64,000 nucleotides of DNA from the human T2T-CHM13v2.0 reference genome, Homo sapiens, in assembly GCF_009914755.1 (NCBI RefSeq), contig NC_060930.1, one strand, 5' to 3'. Below the pieces are notes generated by a model that searched no databases, was not told where the DNA came from, and saw only the letters and a program-made list of their open reading frames with translations. Of the stretch, positions 1 to 11,760 are shown one piece after another. A program made the translations under genes and the position numbers. How positions within the stretch are numbered: the first letter of the stretch is position 1; every line of letters begins with the position of its first letter.

Positions 1-1532
1 AGAGTGGGTAAAGAAAGAAAAAAAGGTGTCTGAATTTGGGGAGTAGGCATGGGGGCGGGTTGATGCTTTAGGGCAGTTTACAGAATGCATGACAGCCTAC
101 AATCAATTTTTGTCATCTTTTTGGCAATGCTTATGGGATCGACCAGAAAACGGACTCTTCGTGCCTTGCAGGTCAAGAGCTGTTAATGCCCCCATGCAGA
201 TCAGACATTTAAAGTAGATACGGTCATTTCACCTACAAGCCTGGGACAGCTGTGCCCTGTGGAATAGGGGCCATGAGCCACACCTTGTGCTTTATAGACC
301 CAGGAAGCCCTGCCAAGTTTCCAGAGAAGCCTGTAATTATCATTCCACCCCCTCCATCGGAAGTACCGAGGTGCAGTGCAGTTACGGTGAGTAAATAAAG
401 TTGTGTCACCGAGGAAATTGTCCTTAAAAGAGAAATCCTCCCAAGTGGCAAACACGCAATCCTAGAGAGCATGGGCTACCGCACCACCCTGTGTGAAGGC
501 CGGCGTGAGCCTCAGGCCAGGGGCCAAGAAGGATGTTAGAGTTAGCGGCTCCGCGTGCTTTCATTTTTCTTTGCATCCCCTCAGCCCTTCCCATCACAGT
601 GTGCACCATCAGTCCACAAGCCTTTGCTGAACCTACTTTCAATTCAAAAAGGAAGGCCAGACAATCCTCTGAGGAATCCGAAAAAGGAGAGCTGTTTCTC
701 CTTTAAGCGGTTTGTGGAAGGAGGAAATATGAGCAATTGAAATGAACAATTTGGAAACCAAATAAAAGCAAAACTGGATGAGAAGTGAGAGCCGCAAGCC
801 CTGTGGGAGTGAAGCCGAGCTAGCGTCCCTTCCTTTCTCCCTTTCCTGGGGAAGAAATCCCGGACGCCTGAAAAAGCTGTTCTCTTCATTTGAGGGACTG
901 CAGCTTCTCTCACGAAGCTCTCAGTATTCCTTTTAGGTGCCGTACATGGTGTTTCTACTTATGAAAGATTTTCCAACTAGGTACAGATGGAAAATACCGC
1001 GGCAGAAATCTCTGGCCTTTGGGTGGGACAACTCCTGCAAGACACACGTTAGGGCGTGTTTATTTTCAGAAGGCGGCAGGAGACTTTGCCAACACCAGTG
1101 CCCCTTGTTTTGACGGCATTTTCCCAAGTAACTGATTATGTTCCTCTTCTACCATACACACCTAATCACAGCAGATAGAGCCAGACAGGCTGAAATTCAC
1201 TGGCTACCCTTTAGCTCCTAGGAGGTGGCTGAGTTAGTCCTGAGGAGTTGCGGTTTACAGAGAGGCAGGGGTACCGGGAGCTTGGCAGAGCTCTCAACAA
1301 GAATCAGGGTGACTGTAAGAGCAGAGACATTCTGCAAGCTGACGGTGGCTGTCATTAAGCTCACGCAAGCGGCTATACGTTACTGAAAGTTGATGGCTTC
1401 TGATTTATTAGCTACACCTGTGTAATAAGAACATTTCTCTGCATTGTTTAACACAGGACACAGACAACGCTTCCACGGCCAAAGTGGGCAAAACTCACTG
1501 CCTCGCGTGACAGCGATCTACAAGACGATTGC

Positions 1533-1679
1533 AAACATGTTAGCATAGAAGCATGTACCGAACATGCAGGGAGGTAACCTGGTGAGTCGGCCACGGGGCC
1601 ATCATCTAAACAAGAGTTTAGAACACTCATATGCTAATGAGCTGAATTCTGCAAACGCACAGGCCTGCCTCTGACGTCA
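1533..1679. promoter_or_regulatory. Candidate enhancer motif cluster (p53/p63-like half-sites, octamer variant, CRE)
   Basis: AAACATGTTA (1533), AAGCATGTAC (1549) and GAACATGCAG (1560) resemble RRRCWWGYYY; ATGCTAAT at 1631; perfect TGACGTCA at 1672-1679; CpGs locally retained. Confidence 0.4.
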
Positions 1680-2090
1680 TTTCTGATAACGTCTTGCTTT
1701 GAAGCAAGCCAACTCCCATAGCGTAAGCCAGCAGATTTTTTTGTTTGTGGGTTGGTTGGGTTTTTGTTTTTGGCAACAGTTAAGGGAACTAAATGATTTG
1801 TGTAGTTCTCAAAGAGATAAGAACAAAGTTAACTTAAATCTGAACCATTAAGATGTGAATTGCTTTTGAGCGTAAACAAATTTCCCTGAACCTAAATGCT
1901 GCTTTCATTTTACTGGATCTTTGGGTTACACATTATTGCATTCAATGGAAATTTGCATTTCAATAGCATAGGTCACATGTGCTACTGTCTCAGGGACCTT
2001 TCAGAAGGGATGTACAGTGCCAGTTAGCAAAAAATTCTGTTTATTTATCCCATGGCCTGCCATATATTGCCACATTGAGTTTTGCCCAGA

Positions 2091-2616
2091 GCCACTGATT
2101 AAATTTCCATATGCTAGCTATTTTTTTTTTCTCAGGTTCAAGTTTGGGAAATAAAATAAACACACCACACAGAAAAATCAACCCACAGAAGCAGCCCATT
2201 CTTGTTCTTGACGCATTCATTCTACAAGCACTTACTGAGCGCCCCCTATGTGGCGGGAATTGTTCTGCGCACTGGGACCAGGATGGCCAGCGACATGGGC
2301 CATATTCCCTGTCCCCCACACAGCTGCCATTTGGGGAGTCAGTCACCAGAGGGTAACTTGGAGGGTGGGCTCCACGGGGCGGTGGCATCAGGAGTGCCTG
2401 TGCGTGCAGAGGAGGCGTGGAGTGGCTTGTCACTTTACGTCGGGCTGTTAGGGAAGGTTTTCCAGAGAAGGCAGCCTTTGTACAAAGTGGCTCTGGACAA
2501 TAGATCTTTGGCCCCTGATTAAATTCCATATGCTATTAATTGGATTCCTTTTTTCTTGGGGTCAGGCTTAAGAAATAAACACACCATGCGGGAAAAATCA
2601 GCCCACAGAACAGCCC
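2091..2616 (+). repeat. Dispersed direct duplication of ~105 bp (2091-2197 and 2511-2616)
   Basis: Both copies read gcc.ctgattaaatt(t)ccatatgcta...aaataaacacacca...gaaaaatca.cccacagaa(g)cagccc. Confidence 0.85.
2211..2470 (-). mobile_element. L2 3' end remnant
   Basis: cattcattctacaagcacttactgagcgccccctatgtg...gttctgcgcactggga resembles the L2 3' terminus in antisense. Confidence 0.6.
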
Positions 2617-2693
2617 TGGCATGAAAGTTGTTGGGGGAGGGTGGTGATGCTCCACTATACACTCCTCCTGGAAGCCTCAAGCCCATATGGCCC

Positions 2694-3054
2694 CAAGGTT
2701 GGCAGAACAATGGCCCCCCAAGGGTATCCAGGTCCTAATTTCCAGAACCATGAAGATGTCACCTTGCTGTTCCAGAGGAACAGTGGCCGGGGGAATCAAG
2801 GTTGGTTAATCAGCGACTTCAAGATAGGGCCGGGGGAGGAAGGGTCAGCCTGCCTTTCCCAGGGGGGCCCCACGGGATCTGATGAGGGCAAGGTGGGGCA
2901 GGAGAGAATCTGTGATGTGAGGAATTCTCACCCAGAGTCTCTGGAAGGAGCCAGCCTGTGAGAGGCACTGCTGCCCTGTGACCTCCAGAACTGTAAGGTG
3001 ATAACTGTGTCTGTTTGTGATGATTTGTTACCACTGCAATAGGAGAGGAATACA
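2694..3054 (+). mobile_element. MLT1-family (ERVL-MaLR) solo LTR
   Basis: ggcagaacaatggccccca...cctgtgacctccagaactgtaag...tttgttaccactgcaatagga...aataca. Confidence 0.75.
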
Positions 3055-3921
3055 AATACCACCGCCTTTATCCAGGCCACACTTCGACCAATGCACACAT
3101 CATGAATCATGAAAAACACATTTTGATTTTAACTCAGAAATTCTAATACATAAATTTTCTATTTTTATTATTTTATTGTTATTGCTCCTAGCAATGAGTT
3201 TCATCTACTAGATGTTTTTTACTGTTGTAATGACACAGGATGCCTTTAGACATTTTATTAAAAAGATAACACATTCGGAACTAGTAAAACAATGTTTTAA
3301 GAGAATATTATTTATGAGGCCCTAAGTCTATGAAAAACATTGCTGTTATCGAACCCATGTTTAAATCCACCTTTTTCTGTCTCTGCAGTGTCATCCATCC
3401 CGCTTTTGGGGGTTGTTGGAATAGGAGATTACAACTGAAATGTCTAAGACGGCCAGGCAAATGTTAACAGTGAGGGGGCAGGTGGGGCATCCGCCCCTTG
3501 GGAGTAATTATCCCTCCACTAGGAAATATGTTCTCTTCTGTTCCTGACATATGTGGGTCTCCTGGTTCAGCATTTTCCAATTTTGAGAAAAACGCACCTC
3601 ATGTATTCCATTCGCTGCCTAACCCAATTCAATTTCTTCTTCTAAGTTCTACTGCCAAGGAAACAACTTCACACCATCTCGGTGCCAGAGAGCTCAGAGG
3701 AAGTGGGGAGGCTGTGAGAGCCGGGGGCCCAGGGCCCTTGAAGCAGGTTGCTTCTGAACAAGTCAAGCTAGCGGTGGCCAGATGGGGCGGGGATTTTTCT
3801 GAATGACTACAGTTTGTCAGTTGTTCTTTCAAGTAAAAATGGTGTTTTAGGAAAAAAAAATTGGCTGGTTCAACTTGCACTTCAAAAGTTGCACAAGTGT
3901 TCTCCTCCCAATCTCTGCAAC

Positions 3922-4151
3922 TCAATAAGCAGCCCACGTACTTTCTGGGTACTTCCCTTTTAATCACACGGAATCTTGAAGAGAGACATATGAGCATCAA
4001 AGTTTAACAAAATCCATCATTTTCCCGCTTCCCCAAGGCTTCAATAAGCAGCCCAAGTACTTTCTGGGTACTTTAATCACACGGAATCTTGAAGAGAGAT
4101 ACACGAGCATCAAAATTTAACAAAATCGATCCTCTTCCTGCTACCCCAAGG
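3922..4151 (+). repeat. Diverged tandem duplication, ~115 bp unit (3922-4038, 4041-4151)
   Basis: Both units start tcaataagcagccca.gtactttctgggtactt and end ccccaagg. Confidence 0.95.
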
Positions 4152-4649
4152 ACACTCCTGTGTGAAACCGTGCTGATCCGTGTCTCCTACGAGAGCAGGC
4201 TGCTGGGCCAGGCGCTGACAGCTCGCCCCATGGAGCCGCCACCTGGACTCCGGGAGGCGCCAAGGCTTCAGCCCCCACGTGCTCTTAACATCATCCGTGC
4301 AAATATCATCACAGCAAAAGAGGCAAATAACGTCTTGGCATTTTTATGCAAAGATTTTTGACCTTCGAAGCCCCCGGGAAGTGCGTGGGACTCTCAGGGT
4401 CCGTGGAACACATTTGTAGAACAGAAATCAGGGAGAAGCTAAGCCTCTTGTTCCCCAGGAATTCTTTCAACGGTATTTTATCATCAATAGCTGAGGAGTA
4501 TATTGTACCCCTCACACACGGTAAAACCATATAAAGGTAAACTACCTTTAGTTATATGCTGTTTCCTACGAATATGATATGTTCTCAAAATAAATTCAGA
4601 GTAGGATCCATTCTGTTTTACAAGAGATCGAGGAGCGACACTGGCAGCT

Positions 4650-4668
4650 GGGTGCCCTCTGCTGGCCA
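4650..4668 (-). promoter_or_regulatory. CTCF core motif
   Basis: Minus strand reads TGGCCAGCAGAGGGCACCC, close to the CTCF consensus TGGCCACCAGGGGGCGCTA. Confidence 0.7.
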
Positions 4669-5454
4669 GTCTGGGAAGTGGCTGGCTGGGAAGGCAGCGC
4701 TCAGACTTCCCTAAACTTCACAGAGGGCGTGAATGGTCCAGCTCTTTTCATAAAGACTCCCCTTAAGAAGCATATTCAAGATTTTTCAACCACATAATTT
4801 ATTTAATTTCAATAATTTATTTTTCAATAATTAAAATGTTTTTTAAAGAATCAAGATTATTTTTAGATTGAAATATGATTAAAAATATTTGGTGACATTA
4901 AATTTTCTGTAGTGCATCCAGGCATCTCACTAGGTAACTTAAAAGCAAAAACCAAAAGTAGTATCTATGTTGTTTATCCTCATCAGTCACTGGAGTTTCG
5001 ATCAGACAGTCTTACTGTGCTTGAGAGCATAGACTCTGCCTGCGTGTATAGGAAGAGAAAGGAAGGGAACAGGTAGAATCAAGTAAGAGAAAATAGACTG
5101 CTGAAAGAAAACTTTCTGCTTACACGTAAGACAACTTTCTGCCTCTATCTCTACCTAATATAGATAATTATCATGATCACACATTCAAACAGGGGCTTGC
5201 TATGCAAATGCCACATCAGTGATCAAATTCTTTAAAGAGTTATTCAGGTTTTGGACAAATTTGCACTGATGACCCATCACAATATAGAGAAAAGCAATTG
5301 AACTGCTTCATATGTATTGATTTGGAATTGACTCGATTCCATCAGTTACCAGCTGTTATTCTGAATGTTCTCCAAATGGTTCTGCCCACTTGAAAAAGAT
5401 ACCTGGGGCCTTCCTTAACATTCCCAGTTACCCATCTATGTATATTTTACAACT

Positions 5455-5820
5455 GGGCATCCATCCCAGGCATTAACTGAGCACATATTACGTGCTAGAC
5501 ACTGTGCCAGGCTTTGGGAAGGGCCAAAGGTTAACAGGGTGTATTTCCAGTCCTGATAAAACTTTACTGTCTAGTTATCCCTCAGTCGTTCCAGTACGAG
5601 GTGGGCTATTGTAGGTCCTCTGAATAGATTACTTTGGGTGTTCAGGAAGGGGAAAGCTTCATCATGCAGGAAGTGAGATTTGAGTTAGTTCTTGCAGATT
5701 TTGTGATAATAACAGGCAGAAATGGGAGAGTGGGGTAGTCCATATTGAAAAAGCAAGTGAACAAAAGCCTTGGGTCAGGGATGTCCTGGATGTATTCTGA
5801 AAGTGAGAATAATGAAGTAT
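5455..5820 (-). mobile_element. L2 remnant
   Basis: gcattaactgagcacatattacgtgctagacactgtgccagg...gaagtgagatttgagttagttcttg. Confidence 0.6.
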
Positions 5821-5837
5821 ACATTAAAAAAAATACA

Positions 5838-5964
5838 GGCTGGGCACAGTGGCTCATGCCTGTAATCCCAGCACTTTGGGAGGCTGAGGTAGGAGGATTG
5901 CTTCAGGCCAAGAGTTCAAGACCAACTTGGGCAACATGCTGAAACCCCATCTCTAAAAAATTAA
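5838..5964 (+). mobile_element. Alu left monomer (FLAM/AluJ-like)
   Basis: ggctgggcacagtggctcatgcctgtaatcccagcactttggg...ccccatctctaaaaaa; no right arm. Confidence 0.9.
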
Positions 5965-8900
5965 AGCTATATGTATAGATATAGATATATAACAGGAATT
6001 GAGAAAAATAGATTCATATTAATAAGAGGAATAATAACATCTGCAATATTTCCCCAAGAATCCACATTCTGCTTAATAACAGCTGGTGCATAATCCAAGC
6101 CAGTTTTCACAATGGCCTTTCCCCCCTTTCTCTTTTTTCTACGAAAGAAGAAAGTCCCATCTCACTAGTTGAGTTCTGGTAGGGGCCAGCTGGTGCTGGA
6201 AGGCTCTCTTAGAAGCCTGTGAGGCCCTTCATGTGCTCAGCCAATGAGCAGCTCCTGTTCTTGAGGTTGGATGGTTTGATGTAGAAGACAGTGGCAAGTT
6301 GATTCCTTATCTGACTTTGCAAAGTACATCTAAAGTGCATGACAGCATGTGGACGTAGTTTCAAAATACACCCAATCATATGTCCTCAATGCTGGTGAGT
6401 AAGGAAATCATCTCAGGCCTGATGGTTGGCCTTATTGAAAAATCTGTGATGCCTTCATTGAAGCCCAAAGTGAACATTTTTGTTGTTTCATCCTTAGTAA
6501 GCTTAAGCCATTCAAAATGCTGAATGAATTGCTGAGATAAATCACTTGAAATCATAGAAATGGACCTTTCTGGCATGATCTGTGTCATGAGAACAATTTT
6601 TAAATCTTCCTGTGAACAGAGTCGTAGGACTGCCTTTCCCACTGCCGGCCCACCATGTGGAGAAGCACACTGTGAGCAAGGTTCCTGTTTTGTCATGGAG
6701 AGGGATGGTGAGACGGCCTTGGTGGCATTACTTCACTGTACAATGAACCCTGCTCCATGCGGGTGAGATACAGCTGCAGCTGCTGACTTCCTGGCAAATT
6801 TTCTCTCTGTGCACATGAGCTGGTCCTGATCTAACACATTTTTCTGAGCTCCATCCTAGCTCGTGGCTCATTCATTACATTCAAACGCCCCTGCTTCTGA
6901 GACACAGGTGTGCAGTGGCAAAGGAACAGACGTGGTAACGCATTCTGCCTCCTGCGATCTGGTTTGTTCTCTGCACATTTGTGACTTCATCAAATACCTG
7001 CTAGTGGACGCCCGATGATCATACCTGCTTTTCCACATGTTTTGTGTTTGCATGTGTGAAACACAACAGAGGCAGGTGACGAAGATTTCTTCCAGTCCCT
7101 CATTTTGCATCTTCTCTGAACACGGTATCTGCTGTCGACCCGGAGTCTGCGTTTATCAACTTCTCCACAGTCCCGGAGCGGGTACCTCCTTCTGCAATTG
7201 AGGACGAGGCCTCTGCTATTGAATGGTGCCTTTCAGGTTCTCATGGTTGCTTTTCTTTTCATGTAAAACTAGCCATTTCACATTGGAAAACATCACTTTA
7301 TGTTTGTTCTGGAAATATTCACTTGCTTTGTCTGGAAGGCCACTGTGTTTGGATGCCAGTTACATAAAGGATTTGATGATGAAAAGTCTCATTAAGGACT
7401 AGGAATTAATAGATCATCAAGAAAATCCAGTTTCAAAAATTTATATTTTCTATTAAAACACATCTGCTTTTAGCTACTTGTCCAAAACCATCCTGGTATG
7501 CAGGTTCTCATTCATCTTTATATCAGAGTCATTCACGATTTCCATTCAGGATATTATTTTGTATATTATAGTGAGTTCATATACGTATCCCAAGATTGCT
7601 TTCACCTGTAAGGAATCACCTTGTGCCACTAATTCATTTTACAGTGAATTAGTGATTGTAAAGAAATCACAATGCCAATGACTTCGCTAATTTAACAGGT
7701 GATAGAACATAACACACAATGACATAAAAAACGAACTTCCCCAATCAACCACATTTTAGCAGAAAAAAACAATGAATGTAACTCTGATAGCCCTTCTATA
7801 ACTTTTAGGAACGTAGCAATCATTCAGAAAGTAAATTTCTGTGAATAGGGCACTAGGTCTTTCAGTCGAACAGTGAAATGTCTGCACCCAAACTGCTTTC
7901 CTACCTGTCCTCCGAAACTGTGCAAGCACCCAACCGCCGAGAAGGCAACCAGGCACTGCTCCTGGGTCGCAGATGGCTCTGGGAGCCACCACGGTGGCGG
8001 GGAGGCTCTGGGGGCTAGAAGACGCAGAGGCTTTGGTGGGAAGCCAAGGCCGTGATGCGGGGCGTGGTGGTGAGCAGGCTGCGCTGGACCCAGACAGACG
8101 CGCGGGGTCCTAGGGAAGAGCCCAGGCAGGGGGAAGCCCGTGGGCGGTGAGACCCTCCCGTGCCACGGGCGCAGCGCAGCGCTGGCTGGGGCCGACGGGG
8201 CGCACCGGCGGACGGTGATGAACCCGGAGACCCGGCAGCCAGGCTGGGCTGCAGCAGCCTTTGCCTGGACGTCAGGGTGGAGCCCGGGAATCGCCCCTGC
8301 GCCGGGTGACGGAGGAGAAAGGGGCCCGCAGGAGGCAGGAGGGAGCGCCTGGCACAGGGACCCAGGGACTCGAGCAGGTGGTCCCTGGGGAACGGGGAGT
8401 GAGGCCGGAAGGAGAGAAAGCCAAGACCAGGTGCGTTTTGGAAATTGCTGCTGTGAGCCGCAAGACGTTCGCAGGCTCTGCTGCGAGCCCCCAGGACGTC
8501 CCCCGGTGTCCACCTCCGGGCGGCTCTCGCGGCCAGACAAGGAGCCCTGAGGGGCGGCCTCAAGGAGCGCCCAGGCCGCTGAGCTCCCAGGGCGGCACAG
8601 AGGGAGCCCGGGGGTCCCCAGCTCTGGCCTCGCCGTCTTGTCTTGCTGGAGGTGAGGGGAGCGGGTGGCGAAGGTGCAGGAGCGGGCTTGGCTCCAGCCA
8701 TCTCTGAGGAGCGTAGGCCAAGCCGAGCCCGCAGAAGCCCCAGAGGCCTGGCCTGAGCCCGGGAGGGACGCGGGGTCCGGGAGGAGGGCAGCTGCCCCGG
8801 GCAGAGCGACTGGAGGAGCGCAGGGCGCGCCAGGCAGGGCAGGGCGGCCCGTGGCCTTGGCGGCGCCCACTCCTGGCGGGGCTGGGTCAGGCACAAAATC

Positions 8901-9017
8901 GCAGAAACACACAGAAGAGGGGACCGCGGGTCCCAGGGGATGCGGGAAGGTTTGTGAGGCGGCTGCGCCCCTGCCTGGAGAGGGAGGCCCAGTTTAGGCG
9001 CGGGGGAAGAGGAAGAG

Positions 9018-9072
9018 GAATGAATGAATGAATGAATGAATGAATGAATGAATGAATGCATGAATGAATGAA
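9018..9072 (+). repeat. (GAAT)n microsatellite
   Basis: About 10 perfect GAAT units, one GCAT, then more GAAT. Confidence 0.95.
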
Positions 9073-9330
9073 GAGGGAAGGAGGACGGGCCAGCCCTGGA
9101 CACCCAGTAGGTAATGGCCAGGGAGGTAAATCAAGTCCTGGGAGAAGCTGAGGACTGACCGCAGACCCGCCCAGACCCTTTCCCGCGGGGCCCACAGCAG
9201 CTACCCCAGGGCAGCCAGGTTCACCGGGCAGCCCCAGACCCAGAAGGAATGAACAGAGGCGGATGGGTGGAGCAGGTGCTGGTGAGGGCACCAGCCTTCG
9301 AGGGGACTCATAGGCGGCGCGGGAAGTGGC

Positions 9331-9346
9331 GGGGGGGGGGGGGGGG
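9331..9346 (+). repeat. Poly-G run (G16)
   Basis: Direct reading. Confidence 0.95.
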
Positions 9347-11713
9347 ACTCAGGGGCGCTGCCTCCTGTGGATCACCTGGTAGCCTTGGGTGCCAGGGTGA
9401 AGGCCGCCCATGGTCAGGCCGCGGACTGTGGTCTGCCCAGACATGGCCGGGGCTGCAGGGTGGACGTGAGTCTGCCCGGCCTGAGATCGCCCCTGCCCCC
9501 TAACAGTCATTGGCCGCCTCTTCTGCTTGACAGCTGCACCCCCACGCAGCCCGGGTTCATGTGGGGAGCATTTGGAGCACAGTTCCACCCAAGGTTAACA
9601 TCCACTTTCCTCATGAAAGAGGAACAGAAACCAAGAATAACCACAATTTCTGAAGACCTCTTGGAAATCGGGAATTCTAGCTTCCCAGTTCCAAGGATAA
9701 AAGTTGGCAATGAATCCCTTAAGTGGTGGCCATGAACACACCTAAAACTTTCAAACGGACACCGAGGAGCCCGCAACGGGTGAGCCTTTGCAATTTGAAA
9801 ACATGAATAAGAGCACGTCAGGCAGTTCTTGTCTGGGCGGCTGGTCAGGTCCAATGGGCACAGCCACTTTGTGCATGGAGGAAACGTCGGAAGTGTCAGG
9901 AAGCCCCGCTTTCTTTCTTTCTGCCACATTTTCTGTGTGAAATGTTTCTACTGATTTAATGCCAGCAGACCTTTCAAATGGGAAGACGTATTGGTGTCTT
10001 ATTCCACTAAATTCTATCTAAAACTTTCTTTACTTCATGACTCATCAGAGATTGATGAGGGGCCAGGACTCAGCCTTGAAAAATGGCTAGGCTGGGGCAT
10101 CGAGGAGTCCCTGGCTAGGAAGGAGCCTCAAGGCCTCTGATGCAGGGGCTCCCTGAGGGCTGGGCTGTTGTGGAAATTGTGCTGGAGAGGAGGACTGATG
10201 CTTAGACCCAGTGGATCTAAATCTCTGAAGAAAGGGCCTGGAAATCCTTGTTTTCAAGCTCCCAGGTATTTCTGTACACAGCTGGGACCAGGGAAAGAAC
10301 TCAAGCCCTCATCTAGATAATGCCTTCATCACAGGGCCGCACCACCCCCTGCCTGACTCTATGGTGTCACCAGCCCTTCTGGTAGAAGGTCCTCCCTGGC
10401 ACGGAGCTGCATCTGTCTCCATTAGCATTTAACCCTGGGTCCTGGTTCTCTTTCCAGCAGCCAAGAGAATGAAGCTTTACACTTGGCCTGGAATTCCTGT
10501 CTGTGTGACTTTTTGATGTCGTCCATGAAGGCTTTGTGATTGATAAAGACTAGTTGTAGCTGTTTCCATTCTGTAAATATGTATGCAATGTATTAAAACC
10601 ACACACTTAGGAACTCTGGCTTCTCCTAAGTTTTAAAGATCAACTTACAGAACATTTTTACTCTATTATACACGTTGTTAGTTAAATATTCAAGAAGTCT
10701 TTGGTTCGTGTTCCCCCTCATTGAAATTGAGTCAACTGAATTTCCTTAAACAATCAGTCTTATGTACAAACTTAGTTAGGTTTCTGTTGACACTTTATGC
10801 TACGTTCATAAATTTTCTCTGTTTTCCTGTTAAGCATTTCAAGTGCCCAGGCTGGAAGTAGTACCTGTCCAAGAACCTCCAGCCACTCCAGTGGATTAAA
10901 GAATTCGACTCTGGGATGTGGTGAATCTCAAGTTCTGTTAACACTCAAAAACTTTTTAGACCTTCCAACTAAAAATCACACTCACGATTCAAAATAAATT
11001 ACCCAGCTGAAAGAATGACAGGTTTCCTCCATCAGTCTCTAAATTTATCAAATTCATCACCCAAGATATGCAGACCTGTTTTAATGCAAAAGTATTAAGA
11101 TGATGGGATTGATTAAGTCCCTCACCTTGTTCTTTAGTTCTAAGCCTTCCAGGAGCTAAGGGAGCACTTACCACCAAGAGAATGCTTAGCATCTGAAAGG
11201 GGTTGAGTTTGCCATCCCAGGAGAATTGGCATTAACATCCCAGGAAACCTAAGACTCCATCTCAGTCGGCTAAGTATGCATATTGGCCAGAGAGTTTTGA
11301 CCCGGACCTGAACCCCAGGAGGACTGGGACTTTCTTATAGCAAACCATGGCCTTTCAGCCACCTCTGCTGCCAGCCAACATTTCACTGAAGGTTTCCATT
11401 CCTTCCACAATGCTCAGATTCTTCTGTGGGGTCAGAGAGAGGAGAATACCTCTTATAAGGTCTTGCACAACATTTCATCCACTGTTTTCTCTCCTGAGCG
11501 CATGCCAAGTGCAGAGAACTGCAAACCCTACACTAGTAATGGGTCCCCATTGTGGAAGCTGCCCCCTGTTGAGGACACCGGCATCCTTTGAGGTTGCATA
11601 AGCCCACACTGGAGGAGGGGGTGGCTTATGCAGAAGCTGAGGACAAGGCACTTTGAAAGGAGGTTGTCCTCCTTTGGAGCCCTGTTCTTGCCTTTGCAAT
11701 GTGATTTCAACAG

Positions 11714-11717
<4 letters not shown>

Positions 11718-11757
<40 letters not shown>
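11718..11757 (+). repeat. (GT)20 microsatellite
   Basis: Direct reading. Confidence 0.97.

Positions 11758-11760
<3 letters not shown>

Larger units (their letters stand above)
7935..9490. promoter_or_regulatory. CpG island, promoter-like
   Basis: High GC and dense CpG against CpG-depleted flanks; GC-box-like GGGCGG/CCGCCC; donor-like CAG|GTGCGT (8430/8431) and GAG|GTGAGG (8651/8652). Confidence 0.85.

Noticed and set aside
5202-5209. Perfect octamer ATGCAAAT
   Set aside because: An isolated 8-mer is expected by chance in 64 kb; no supporting context
7824-9103. Two overlapping 362-aa minus-strand ORFs
   Set aside because: They lie in the CpG island, where stops are rare. They are Pro/Ala/Gly/Arg-rich, several frames are open at once, and one includes the (TCAT)n-derived HSFI repeat; no domain is recognisable
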